Origin: a virus | Lineage: Duplodnaviria > Caudoviricetes | Length of the DNA stretch: 64,000 nt | Direction: 5' to 3' (one strand) | Virus record (IMG/VR): IMGVR_UViG_2823261200_000003 | Span: 1 to 64,000 of that record | Shown here: one piece after another, positions 25,922 through 35,022 of the stretch | Numbering within the stretch: position 1 is the stretch's first letter | How the letters are laid out: each line of letters begins with the position of its first letter | The notes under the pieces: model-generated | Told to the model about the DNA's origin: nothing | What the model saw: the letters and a program-made list of their open reading frames with translations, nothing else | Databases searched by the model: none | Made by a program: the position numbers and the translations under genes

Positions 25922-26809
25922 ATGCAATTTCAAAAAGCAGAACGAAAAAAATCAAAGCTCAGACTTGCCTTAACAGGTCCAAGTGGATCGGGTAAAACTT
26001 ATGGGGCTTTGCTTGTTGCGAAAGGGCTAGGTGGAAGAATTGCGGTAATTGATACCGAAAAAGGGAGTGCTTCCCTTTATTCTCATTTGGTCGATTTTGA
26101 TGTGCTAGACCTAGAAGCCCCTTACACCCCTGAACGCTATCGCCAAGCAGTTAGATTAGCCGTTGAAAACGGGTATGATGTCGTAATTATTGATAGCATT
26201 ACGCACGAATGGTCAGGAGCTGGAGGTTGCCTTGAGTTAAATGACGAAATCGCCAAAGCGAAATTCAAAGGAAATACTTGGAGTGCGTGGAGTGAGACCA
26301 AAGCACGCCACCGTGCTTTAATTGATGACTTACTTGCCAGCCCAACTCACATCATTGTTACAATGCGAAGTAAAACTGAGACCGCTCAAGCAGAAATAAA
26401 TGGTCGCAAGCAGGTTCAAAAACTTGGAATGAAAGCGGAACAAAATGACGGTATTGAGTATGAATTTACTACTGTATTGGATTTAATCCACGACGGCAAT
26501 TTTGCTCAGCCGAGTAAAGACCGTACAGGCTTATTCCCACCTAATGGAAATCCATTTAAATTATCCGCTGAAATAGGGAAACAGCTTGTAGAGTGGTTGG
26601 AAAGCGGTGTTGATTTAACCTTTAAAAGGGCTGAGGTTCACAGAGATAAAATGCTACAAAAAATAACGACTGCAGAAACGCTCGAATTGCTAGGTGAAAT
26701 GAGTAAATATGTTACTGATAAATTTAAAGATTATCCGATTTTATTAACAGAGTTAGAACAAGCAATTTTAGCTCGCAAAGCGAGTTTAGATAATCAAGGG
26801 GGAGAATAA
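25922..26809 (+). CDS. Sak4-like ATPase recombinase
   Basis: [21 protein letters not shown]; between gp157 and ssb. Confidence 0.8.
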   Translation: MQFQKAERKKSKLRLALTGPSGSGKTYGALLVAKGLGGRIAVIDTEKGSASLYSHLVDFDVLDLEAPYTPERYRQAVRLAVENGYDVVIIDSITHEWSGAGGCLELNDEIAKAKFKGNTWSAWSETKARHRALIDDLLASPTHIIVTMRSKTETAQAEINGRKQVQKLGMKAEQNDGIEYEFTTVLDLIHDGNFAQPSKDRTGLFPPNGNPFKLSAEIGKQLVEWLESGVDLTFKRAEVHRDKMLQKITTAETLELLGEMSKYVTDKFKDYPILLTELEQAILARKASLDNQGGE

Positions 26810-27288
26810 TGGCAGGCATAAACAAAGCCATCATCGTCGGCAATTTAGGCAACGATCCAGAAATCCGCACAATGCAAAATGGCGATCAGGTTGCAACAAT
26901 CAGCGTGGCAACCTCAGAAAGCTGGACGGATAAGCAAACAGGCGAACGGCGAGAACTCACCGAATGGCACAGAATTGTACTTTATCGGCGGTTAGCGGAA
27001 ATTGCAGGGCAATACCTCAAAAAAGGCTCAAAAGTCTATATTGAGGGGCGTATCAGAACCCGAAAATGGCAAGACCAGCACGGCGTTGAGCGTTACACCA
27101 CCGAAATTCAAGGCGACAGCTTGCAGATGTTAGATAGCCGCCAAGATGGACAAAGTGCACAAACAAACGCACCACCGCGTCAAACGCAATCAACAAAATC
27201 CAATGCTTATGCTAATGCTAAAAGTGGCAACTACACGCCACCACCGCAGAATAATGGTGATGAGCTAGATGATGATATTCCGTTCTGA
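26809..27288 (+). CDS. ssb: Single-stranded DNA-binding protein
   Basis: [21 protein letters not shown]. Confidence 0.97.
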   Translation: MAGINKAIIVGNLGNDPEIRTMQNGDQVATISVATSESWTDKQTGERRELTEWHRIVLYRRLAEIAGQYLKKGSKVYIEGRIRTRKWQDQHGVERYTTEIQGDSLQMLDSRQDGQSAQTNAPPRQTQSTKSNAYANAKSGNYTPPPQNNGDELDDDIPF

Positions 27289-27289
27289 G

Positions 27290-27410
27290 TTGTCTAGACA
27301 ATTTAAACAATATCTAAACGATTTTAGACAATTAAAAACATATTTAGCATTTAAAATCAAATAGATAGTATTGTTTAAATTAGACGATTCCTGATTATTT
27401 TTAGATGATA
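27290..27410. repeat. Cluster of TA(G/A)AC(A/G)AT repeats
   Basis: Copies at 27295, 27304, 27315, 27325 and 27381, a variant at 27402, plus inverted copies. Confidence 0.6.
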
Positions 27411-27443
27411 GCCCTCAAATGAGGGCTTTTTTATGAGGCAAAA

Positions 27444-27761
27444 ATGAACACAGACCTACTCAACGAACGGGCCAAAACGCACGGCGATTTTATCAGCGGT
27501 GCAGAAACCTTTTATCACCTGATGAAACCGATCATCGAAAGCCAGCTTTTTGAACGCAACAAAGTCAAAGCCTATGCCGCCACAATGATTGCCGCCAAAC
27601 TCACCCGAATTTGCAACGGTGATGAAAACTTCCCCGACCACTGGGACGACATTATCGGCTATGCTCAATTAGCCACTGGTAAGCAATTTGAACCACAGCA
27701 AGCGGTAAGTGTGCCAGTTGTGGATTATATAAAAACTCAGAATATGACAGCGAACCGCTAA
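27444..27761 (+). CDS. DUF6378-like phage protein
   Basis: LNERAKTHGDF, KLTRI, DHWDDIIGYA. Confidence 0.75.
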   Translation: MNTDLLNERAKTHGDFISGAETFYHLMKPIIESQLFERNKVKAYAATMIAAKLTRICNGDENFPDHWDDIIGYAQLATGKQFEPQQAVSVPVVDYIKTQNMTANR

Positions 27762-27788
27762 ATAGCGGTTTTTATTGGAGAAAAGAAA

Positions 27789-28685
27789 ATGTTTTGGTTT
27801 AAAAATGCAATGATTTACCGCTTAACAAAAGCGATGGATTTTTCCAACCTCTCAAGCCAACTTGAGGCGTGTGAATTTACGCCTTGCGGTAGTAGTGAGG
27901 CAAGTAAATTTGGCTGGATTGCACCACTTAGCACGAGTGAACAGCTCTGCTTTGAGGCAAATGGGCAAATCCTACTTGTGGCCCAGCGAGAAGAAAAAAT
28001 CTTGCCAAATTATGTCGTAACCAAAGAGCTAACTAACCGAGTAAAAGCGTTAGAAGAAAAAGAAGGGCGTAAACTCAAAAAAGTCGAAAGGCTGTCTATT
28101 AAAGATGATGTGGTTGCCTCTCTTTTGCCTCAAGCCTTTACCCGTAGCACCTACACCGCACTTTGGATTGATACGCAAAACCAGTTGATTTATGTGGACG
28201 CGGCTTCCGCTAAACGAGCCGAAGATGCATTAGCGTTACTACGTAAATCCCTAGGCTCATTGCCAGTTATTCCACTCGCCTTTGCAAATGACGCATCGCT
28301 AGTTATGACAAACTGGGTAAATGAAGCACCTGATTGGCTAACCGTGCTGGAAGAAGCCGAATTGACGGGGTTAAAAGAAGATGGCATAGCTAAATTTAAG
28401 CGACAATATTTAGATAGCAACGAAATTTACTCATTACTTGAGGCGGGAAAAGTGGTAACAAAAATCGCTCTAGAATGGGAAGGGAATTTAAGTTTTGTAC
28501 TTTGTGATGATGGCACACTCAAACGCCTTAAATTTGCTGATGAAATCAAAGAGAAAAATGATGACATTGCCAAAGAAGATATTGCTCAATGCTTTGACGC
28601 GGATTTTTTATTAATGGCTGCAACCATTTCAGAATTAACTAAGAGATTGCTCAATGAATTTGGTGGAGAAAAGGAAAGCATATGA
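27789..28685 (+). CDS. rdgC: Recombination-associated protein RdgC
   Basis: WFKNAMIYRL, LRKSLGSLP, FDADF. Confidence 0.95.
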   Translation: MFWFKNAMIYRLTKAMDFSNLSSQLEACEFTPCGSSEASKFGWIAPLSTSEQLCFEANGQILLVAQREEKILPNYVVTKELTNRVKALEEKEGRKLKKVERLSIKDDVVASLLPQAFTRSTYTALWIDTQNQLIYVDAASAKRAEDALALLRKSLGSLPVIPLAFANDASLVMTNWVNEAPDWLTVLEEAELTGLKEDGIAKFKRQYLDSNEIYSLLEAGKVVTKIALEWEGNLSFVLCDDGTLKRLKFADEIKEKNDDIAKEDIAQCFDADFLLMAATISELTKRLLNEFGGEKESI

Positions 28686-28939
28686 AGATTATAAAACGAT
28701 TAGCTGAACGAGTGCTTAGAGATGATTTTATTTACCTCGAAAGAAAAGTTGCAGAAAAAGTTAGTGAATTAAGTAAAGAATATCAGAAGATAATTGAAGA
28801 GCGAGATAAAACTATTGTTGGCTTGCGAACAATTATCGAAAATCAAAAAGCAGATATTCTTAAATTAAGAAAGAAAGTAAAAAAAAGACCGTATTTTAAG
28901 CAAAAAAACATAACAAGGAGAATAAACAATGACTTTTAA
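28682..28939 (+). CDS. Coiled-coil hypothetical protein
   Basis: Coupled ORF in the early operon. Confidence 0.65.
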   Translation: MKIIKRLAERVLRDDFIYLERKVAEKVSELSKEYQKIIEERDKTIVGLRTIIENQKADILKLRKKVKKRPYFKQKNITRRINNDF

Positions 28940-29273
28940 AATTGAATCAGGGTGGTTTTTATTAGCTTTACTTTTAATTGCTACATCACTTGTTTTTCTA
29001 ACTGTTAATTCTTTGGATATAGGTAATGCTTATATTAAGCAAGCCAAGGCTGGTAAAGATAATTTCGGCCTTATTTTTGCTTGGGCTTATTATGTGGTTG
29101 CCTTTATTTTTGATTACTTAACGAGGCTATTAGGCTGGCTTGCTCTCTTATTTTTTTGTGCTTCTGTATTTGGGTATCGCGTTGAGATAAGTTCACACAA
29201 GCCAGAGAAAGAAATACAAGAAGCTCATAAAAAACACACTGAACATTTCACAGGAAAGCAAGTGGAGAAATAA
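28929..29273 (+). CDS. Membrane protein
   Basis: AGGAG RBS, two to three hydrophobic helices. Confidence 0.65.
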   Translation: MTFKIESGWFLLALLLIATSLVFLTVNSLDIGNAYIKQAKAGKDNFGLIFAWAYYVVAFIFDYLTRLLGWLALLFFCASVFGYRVEISSHKPEKEIQEAHKKHTEHFTGKQVEK

Positions 29274-29274
29274 A

Positions 29275-29580
29275 ATGCACCCAGAGCTTATTGTTTGTGC
29301 TGCCATTAAATTTATTGAGCGAAACCAAAAAGAGATTAACTTAGGTAGAAAAGGTACTGAATTAATTATTCCTATGGTTCGTCATTATTCACCTGATGGC
29401 AGAGATGTTATTGAAATCCTTGAAAATAAAGAACTTGCAGAAGTTGAACAAGGATTTCTTACTAATAAAAGTCGGTTTGTAGATAGAAAAGAAGCATTAA
29501 AAATCGCAAAAAATAATAATCAAATTAAATTTGATATTGGTTATGAACCAGATAAATTATATTCAGAAATGCTTTATTAA
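29275..29580 (+). CDS. Conserved phage protein
   Basis: IVCAAI..RH..QGFLTNKSRFVDRKEA..LYSE. Confidence 0.75.
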   Translation: MHPELIVCAAIKFIERNQKEINLGRKGTELIIPMVRHYSPDGRDVIEILENKELAEVEQGFLTNKSRFVDRKEALKIAKNNNQIKFDIGYEPDKLYSEMLY

Positions 29581-29597
29581 TTATAGGAGTAATAAAG

Positions 29598-30323
29598 ATG
29601 AAACCATTTGATTTAGAAAAAGCCTTAGCAGGCGAGCCAGTTAAATTAAAAAATGGATATAAAGCATTTATTAAACTGGATTTAAACAGTGAAGCTAAAA
29701 ATATAGATAAATCTTATATTGGGTTATTAGATTTATTCGGATATTACACACACGAAAATATTATTATCCCTTGTAGATGGTATTCAGATACTCTGAATGC
29801 GAGTACAGACGAAGCAGGATTAACTATTGCGGGAATGTGGGAAGATCCGAAACGTTATGTGAACGGTATCGAAGTTCCTGAACCAGTAACGTTAAATACT
29901 TGGGAAAATGGTAGAAAATACTGGTATGTAAGGTTTACCGCACCTGAATGTGTGCAAGATGACCCATTTTATAAATACAGTAAAAGAGATGAGCGAATGA
30001 TTTCACAAGGGGTAGTTTTTAAAACTAAGAAAGGTGCAACAGCAATGGCTAAAGCATTGTTAAATTATAACGTAGAGTATAAAAATGATGATAACGCCTA
30101 TGCTAATAATGGTTGGATTGATATAAATAAACAACTCCCACCACTAGGAACCAAAGTGATTGGTAGATGTGTTATAGATGGTAAAGTGTTAATACTTATT
30201 ATTGTAAAAAAGCTTGTCGGTAGTGAGTATTGGTTTTCACCCGTTAATATTTACGGTACATTTGATGATAAAGCGGTTGATGTCACGCACTGGCAGCCAC
30301 TACCAAAACTACCACAAGCCTAA
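29598..30323 (+). CDS. Modular phage protein with C-terminal DUF551-like domain
   Basis: MKPFDLEKALAGEPV, GWIDINKQLP, VTHWQPLPKLP. Confidence 0.8.
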   Translation: MKPFDLEKALAGEPVKLKNGYKAFIKLDLNSEAKNIDKSYIGLLDLFGYYTHENIIIPCRWYSDTLNASTDEAGLTIAGMWEDPKRYVNGIEVPEPVTLNTWENGRKYWYVRFTAPECVQDDPFYKYSKRDERMISQGVVFKTKKGATAMAKALLNYNVEYKNDDNAYANNGWIDINKQLPPLGTKVIGRCVIDGKVLILIIVKKLVGSEYWFSPVNIYGTFDDKAVDVTHWQPLPKLPQA

Positions 30324-30410
30324 CCTAGCAAGTTAGGCTTTTTATTTGACAAACCGCCCTACTTCGGATTAAGATAACCGCACTTCCAAGCCGTTTTTTA
30401 ACGGCTTTTT

Positions 30411-30941
30411 TTGTACCTTAAAATGATAAAAAATAGGAGAGCACTAATGATTACATATCAAGATCTGTGCAAACAGCACCAACAATTCAACCATATTTTG
30501 ATTGAACGTCGCGCGATATTAAGAGAACAAATTCGGCAATTACGTTTAGCCTTAGCAATGGATTTAGGGCTAACAGAAAAATATTATAAAAAACAACTTA
30601 ACGACCCAAGCCCAACAGAACCTTACGTCAGAGTAACCGATAGCGATGGAGCCCCAACTGAGTCACATCAACTTAAAGCAGAATATGATGAATTACATAA
30701 TCCAAGCATTACTTTTGGTTTATCTTTAGCGCTCGAAGAAAGTGCAATAACCTACCCGAAGAAGCCTGTTAGATTGGTTATTACAGCCTATTATCTTTCA
30801 GAAAATACCATAAGATTTGTTTTTCCGAATATTGACGACACACCAGCTTTCGGAATTAATATTGATGATGACAAGCAAAGTAAGTTTTCAGTAGTTATTG
30901 AGGCTTATAAACAACTTGTTATGAAAACTTTTACAATCTAA
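30411..30941 (+). CDS. Hypothetical protein with its own promoter (start probably 30447)
   Basis: TTGACA..TAAGAT at 30346; AGGAG RBS before MITY. Confidence 0.7.
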   Translation: MYLKMIKNRRALMITYQDLCKQHQQFNHILIERRAILREQIRQLRLALAMDLGLTEKYYKKQLNDPSPTEPYVRVTDSDGAPTESHQLKAEYDELHNPSITFGLSLALEESAITYPKKPVRLVITAYYLSENTIRFVFPNIDDTPAFGINIDDDKQSKFSVVIEAYKQLVMKTFTI

Positions 30942-31042
30942 TTGACAACCACCGCCCTTTAATTTAGGATATCCCCACTTTCAAACGAAAGTCGGGATTG
31001 GTCGCACGTTAGCGGCTTTTTTTGTATCTAAAGGGATAGAAT

Positions 31043-31297
31043 ATGAAAGTGAGCAAAGAAAATCAGGAATGGATTAAACAATACGCCCAAATTCACCAAC
31101 TCACCGAAGAAGAAGCTGTGAATAAATTAATTGGTGAAGTGCGTGATACACAAGAAACAGCACGCCAAAATATGCAAAAGGAAATCATTGAAAGACTGCC
31201 AAATTTAAATTTTGAACAAATGCGAGAAGTTCGCCAGCTTATCGAACGACTTTACCCAACATTTTTTCAAGTTTTATCACAAGCATCAAAAAAATAA
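31043..31297 (+). CDS. Hypothetical helical protein (possible RHH-like N-terminus)
   Basis: Promoter TTGACA-17-TAGGAT at 30942; AAGGG RBS. Confidence 0.65.
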   Translation: MKVSKENQEWIKQYAQIHQLTEEEAVNKLIGEVRDTQETARQNMQKEIIERLPNLNFEQMREVRQLIERLYPTFFQVLSQASKK

Positions 31298-31421
31298 TCC
31301 CTAAATCCCACTTTACAAGGTGGGATTTTTATTTTACTATTCCGCTAACGGTGCTCAACACACCTTGACCAATAGCGGAATGAACCGCATTAAAGTGCGG
31401 TATTTTTTTATCCTGATTTTA

Positions 31422-31505
31422 TGATCGGGTGGCGTTTCGTACATACAATACCGCAAGGAAAAACGAAAGGCTGACTATTGGCAGTGTTGAAGCACCCGAT
31501 CGCCC
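31422..31505 (+). ncRNA. C4-type antisense RNA no. 3
   Basis: Stem GATCGGGTG/CACCCGATC, loop CTATTGG, bulge TGTTGA; TCAACA and CCAATAG targets both upstream and before the ATG. Confidence 0.75.
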
Positions 31506-31552
31506 TATCTCAACAGTAGGGAAATATAAAATACCAATAGGATAAAAAAATT

Positions 31553-32245
31553 ATGTCTAATCAAATTCAATTTAATGCTTACAGTTTCAAATCTAATCAA
31601 GTTCGTGTAATCACCGATATTCATCAAGAACCTTGGTTTTGTGCAAATGATGTTTGTGCAATTTTAGAATATGCAAATCCTAGACAAGCAGTTCAAAAAA
31701 ATTGCAACCCAAAGGGTGTATCTATTAGAGACACCCTTACCAAAGGCGGTAAGCAAGAAATGGTTTATATCAACGAACCAAACCTATACCGCCTAATCAT
31801 CAAATCACGCAAACCAGAGGCAGAACCATTTGAAGCGTGGGTATTTGAAGAAGTCTTACCGCAGATTAGAAAAACAGGTAAGTACAGTTCAGAACAGCAA
31901 CAACTCGCCCTGCCTGAACCCGAAAAGAAATATCCTTTCGAGCATAGCGAAAAAGAGCTACAAAATTTAGCGTGGGATTGGTTCGCCCTTTTCAAATGTG
32001 TGGAATTTACCAAAGACATTGTGCCAGCATTAGATGCCATTCAATCCAAATTTGCCCCACAAGCACGGAGTATCGTCTCAGAATATGGCTCAATGCTCCG
32101 CCGTCATCAACCACTAATCCAAAAGCTCACCGCCCAATTTGAAATCGAAACTTGGGGCGATGAAAATTGGAATAGAGTACTGCAGACTATTCGGGATAAC
32201 GAAATTCTTAACCCAAGAAAACGACTCCCACACCACAATTTCTAA
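31553..32245 (+). CDS. BRO-N antirepressor
   Basis: PWFCANDVC, INEPNLYRLIIKSRKPEA, WVFEEVLPQIRKTG. Confidence 0.9.
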   Translation: MSNQIQFNAYSFKSNQVRVITDIHQEPWFCANDVCAILEYANPRQAVQKNCNPKGVSIRDTLTKGGKQEMVYINEPNLYRLIIKSRKPEAEPFEAWVFEEVLPQIRKTGKYSSEQQQLALPEPEKKYPFEHSEKELQNLAWDWFALFKCVEFTKDIVPALDAIQSKFAPQARSIVSEYGSMLRRHQPLIQKLTAQFEIETWGDENWNRVLQTIRDNEILNPRKRLPHHNF

Positions 32246-32326
32246 AATTTAACCAAAACCGACCGCACTTCCCTGTGAACCGTGTGGCGGTTTTGCTTAC
32301 CTCAAATTCAGCAAAAAGGTGAAAAT

Positions 32327-32443
32327 ATGTTCAGAATTTTAATGATTATCGGCTTGTTGTGGTGTGCGTTCGAACTTGATTTGAGGGCTGACTGCGATGG
32401 GCATTATTGCGGAACAGCCACAGATTTAATCACAAAAAATTAA
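32327..32443 (+). CDS. 38-aa peptide MFRILMIIGLLWCAFELDLRADCDGHYCG..
   Basis: AAGGTG RBS, hydrophobic N-terminus. Confidence 0.5.
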   Translation: MFRILMIIGLLWCAFELDLRADCDGHYCGTATDLITKN

Positions 32444-32487
32444 CGCAACCCAAGCCTACGTTGTAGGCTTTTTTATTAGGAAACCCT

Positions 32488-33084
32488 ATGGAAAAACTCA
32501 CCAAATCCAAAGCGAGGGTAAGAGCGTTTGGCGAGGTGTACACACCTCAAAAACTGGTGCAAAAAATGACCGCACTTTTACCCGAAGAGAGCTTTGAGCC
32601 TGAAAAGAAAATTCTCGAACCCAGCTGTGGCACGGGGAATTTTTTATATGACATACTCAACCGCAAGCTATGTAAAATCCTCGTAGGTCCAAAGCACCCT
32701 TATTACAAAGTGCTGAATATGTATCAAGCACTAGCGAGCGTGTATGGCGTAGATATTCAACTTGATAACGTGATTGAATGCCAATCTCGCCTCAAATCCC
32801 TATTTTACGAACGCCTCGCAATGCTGCACGTTAAGCCTTTTGACTATTTTGTCGATCACGTCTTAATTAACAACATCAGACTAGGAAACGCCCTTGAGGA
32901 CGCATTCACCTTTATTGATGTCGAGATCGTTTTCAAAGATCGTGATATAGGTATTAAGGTAGAGAAAGATAGCTTTTTGCTTAGCGAATATGAATGCCAT
33001 TTGCAACAGAACACCTCTCAACTCCAAGCCGTGCGATTGCTGGCATTTGAAGATGAGATAGGGATTACCAGAAATGCAACCTAA
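32488..33084 (+). CDS. DNA methyltransferase-like protein (SAM-binding part)
   Basis: GEVYTP, ILEPSCGTGNFL and YGVDI; no NPPY-type motif seen. Confidence 0.75.
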   Translation: MEKLTKSKARVRAFGEVYTPQKLVQKMTALLPEESFEPEKKILEPSCGTGNFLYDILNRKLCKILVGPKHPYYKVLNMYQALASVYGVDIQLDNVIECQSRLKSLFYERLAMLHVKPFDYFVDHVLINNIRLGNALEDAFTFIDVEIVFKDRDIGIKVEKDSFLLSEYECHLQQNTSQLQAVRLLAFEDEIGITRNAT

Positions 33085-33114
33085 GGCTAAAAAGCCTATT
33101 TTATTGGAGGGAAT

Positions 33115-33423
33115 ATGGAAGAAACCCTAACAATTTCAGAGGTCGCCAGTAAACTCAAAATGAGCTATGGAGCAGTTTATGCTCATCGCTTTCATTGGGG
33201 ATTTTTTCAAATGGAAGGATCACGGGTATGGCGAGTCAGTAAAACAACGCTTGATCAAAAACGGCAAAAAACGCACAATGTTTGCCGATTAGACGATCAG
33301 GTCGGCGATAAGGAGAAATTATGCCGATCAGAAAAAATGAATTCGGTGTATGGCAGATCGATATTACCACACCGAGCGGCCAGAGAATTAGACGCTCTGC
33401 TCAAACAACTAAAAAACAATTAG
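33115..33423 (+). CDS. xis: Excisionase-like HTH protein
   Basis: LTISEVASKLKMS..WRV; immediately upstream of int. Confidence 0.65.
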   Translation: MEETLTISEVASKLKMSYGAVYAHRFHWGFFQMEGSRVWRVSKTTLDQKRQKTHNVCRLDDQVGDKEKLCRSEKMNSVYGRSILPHRAARELDALLKQLKNN

Positions 33424-34412
33424 CCCAAGAGCTACACGACAAGCTAAAACACGAATATTGGCAAGTCGAACAGCTCAATAAAAAGCCTGAAAGAACCATC
33501 GAAGAAGCCCTTGTGCGGTTTCTTGAGTCGTCAAAAGGGCAAAAAAATCTCAATGCAAAAATCCGCCATACGGAATATTGGCGATCTGTGCTGGCAGGGC
33601 GAACGCTTAGCTCTTTAACAACTGATGATATTGTCAATAATCTCCCCACCCACAAAATCAGTACGGGAGAAAAGCTATCATTATCCACACAAAACCGCTA
33701 CCGTAGCTCTATAATGCGAGTGTTATCGCTTGCACAAAAAGCAGGTTGGATCGACCATATCCCTTATGTACCACGCAATGCAGAGCCAAAAGTTAGGGTA
33801 AGATGGATCACACAAACGCAAGCCCTGAACTTGATCAACGCATTGCAATTAGAGTGGATGAAAGACGTTTGCACTTTTGCATTAGCAACAGGAGCAAGAA
33901 TGACCGAAATTTTATCGCTGACCTGGGATAAAATCGATCTTTCTCGCAATATTGCCATTGTCAGTAGCGATGTTGCCAAATCAGGGCGTGCAAGATCCTT
34001 ATTGCTCGGCAAAGATGCCTTAGCCGTAATCGAAAAACGGCAATCCCAACGCCTCTCTCGTTATGTGTTCCACCGTGGACGAGATAAGCAAATCAAAGAA
34101 ATTAGCTATCCTGATTTTAATCAGGCACTTAAAAAGTGCAACATCAGTGATTTTCGATTTCACGATTTACGCCACACTTGGGCAAGTTGGCACGTTCAAA
34201 ATGGCACACCATTGATGGTTTTAAAAGAGCTAGGCGGTTGGGAAACGCTTGAGATGGTAAAACGCTATGCCCATCTTAATGCCGACCATTTACTGAGCTA
34301 CGCAAATCACGTCAAACTTACGTCAAAGTGCATTTTAGACACTACAAAACTTGACGCTGAGAATGATATTTTGGACTGGGAGCCAGAAAAGAAAAAAGCC
34401 GTAAGTTACTGA
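33321..34412 (+). CDS. int: Tyrosine integrase
   Basis: TGARMTEI, FHDLRHTWASW, LGGW..MVKRYAH. Confidence 0.97.
   Translation: MPIRKNEFGVWQIDITTPSGQRIRRSAQTTKKQLAQELHDKLKHEYWQVEQLNKKPERTIEEALVRFLESSKGQKNLNAKIRHTEYWRSVLAGRTLSSLTTDDIVNNLPTHKISTGEKLSLSTQNRYRSSIMRVLSLAQKAGWIDHIPYVPRNAEPKVRVRWITQTQALNLINALQLEWMKDVCTFALATGARMTEILSLTWDKIDLSRNIAIVSSDVAKSGRARSLLLGKDALAVIEKRQSQRLSRYVFHRGRDKQIKEISYPDFNQALKKCNISDFRFHDLRHTWASWHVQNGTPLMVLKELGGWETLEMVKRYAHLNADHLLSYANHVKLTSKCILDTTKLDAENDILDWEPEKKKAVSY
34308..34328 (+). repeat. Integrase arm-type sites, left of the core
   Basis: CACGTCAAACTTACGTCAAAG; the same tandem pair occurs at 34627-34647. Confidence 0.65.
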
Positions 34413-34452
34413 TTTGAAAGGCTTAACTTACGACTTAATACTAAATCCTTAA

Positions 34453-34510
34453 TGGTGCCCGAGGGCGGACTTGAACCGCCACGACTCGAAAGTCGAGGGA
34501 TTTTAAATCC
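34453..34510 (-). other. att core = 3' portion of tRNA-Leu(TAA), from anticodon arm to CCA
   Basis: GGATTTAAAATCCCTCGACTTTCGAGTCGTGGCGGTTCAAGTCCGCCCTCGGGCACCA; long variable arm; 5' half absent. Confidence 0.9.
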
Positions 34511-34626
34511 TATCCATTATAAATACTTATAAACAATAATCACTAATAAAATCAATGATCTAATCGTCTAATCATTATAATTTTATCTCATCAAATTATC
34601 AGTATTTCCCACCTTTTTATATCTAT

Positions 34627-34647
34627 TTCGTCAAATTTACGTCAAAC
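34627..34647 (+). repeat. Integrase arm-type sites, right of the core
   Basis: TTCGTCAAATTTACGTCAAAC. Confidence 0.65.
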
Positions 34648-34749
34648 TAAAACCCCTTCTCCACACAACATTCTTTTCTCGTTATATTTAACATTACTTA
34701 AACAAAAAAAACGAGAGCCATCGCCCTCGTTTTATTCCCAGCTTAGGTT

Positions 34750-35022
34750 TCAGTGATGAGCGGTAAAATCCTCCGGATATTGCCTGCGTTTCACCTCGCT
34801 TTCATAGGCGGTTTTGCAATGGTCTTTGTCGAAAAACAGCCCATTTACCAGCCGAAACCAAAACCGCCAGCGGGCTTTGGGCTTGCTCTCTAACACGGCT
34901 CGGCGGTAACAACGGCTGGAAAAGGTTTCATCTGCCCCACCGCCCGTTAAGGCGTTGCAAAGTTGGTCGAGGGCAATCAAAACGTGATAGCCCCACGTTT
35001 TAAATGGATTTTTCTTGCTCAT
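34750..35022 (-). CDS. Conserved phage protein after the tail fibre assembly gene
   Basis: LIALDQLCNALTGG..DETFSSR..HC. Confidence 0.75.
   Translation of the reverse strand: MSKKNPFKTWGYHVLIALDQLCNALTGGGADETFSSRCYRRAVLESKPKARWRFWFRLVNGLFFDKDHCKTAYESEVKRRQYPEDFTAHH

Larger units (their letters stand above)
249..34412. mobile_element. Prophage segment A (head genes to integrase)
   Basis: Continuous lambdoid gene order from head to int. Confidence 0.9.

Noticed and set aside
34453-34510. Functional tRNA-Leu gene
   Set aside because: The 5' acceptor strand and D arm are absent; this is the att core.
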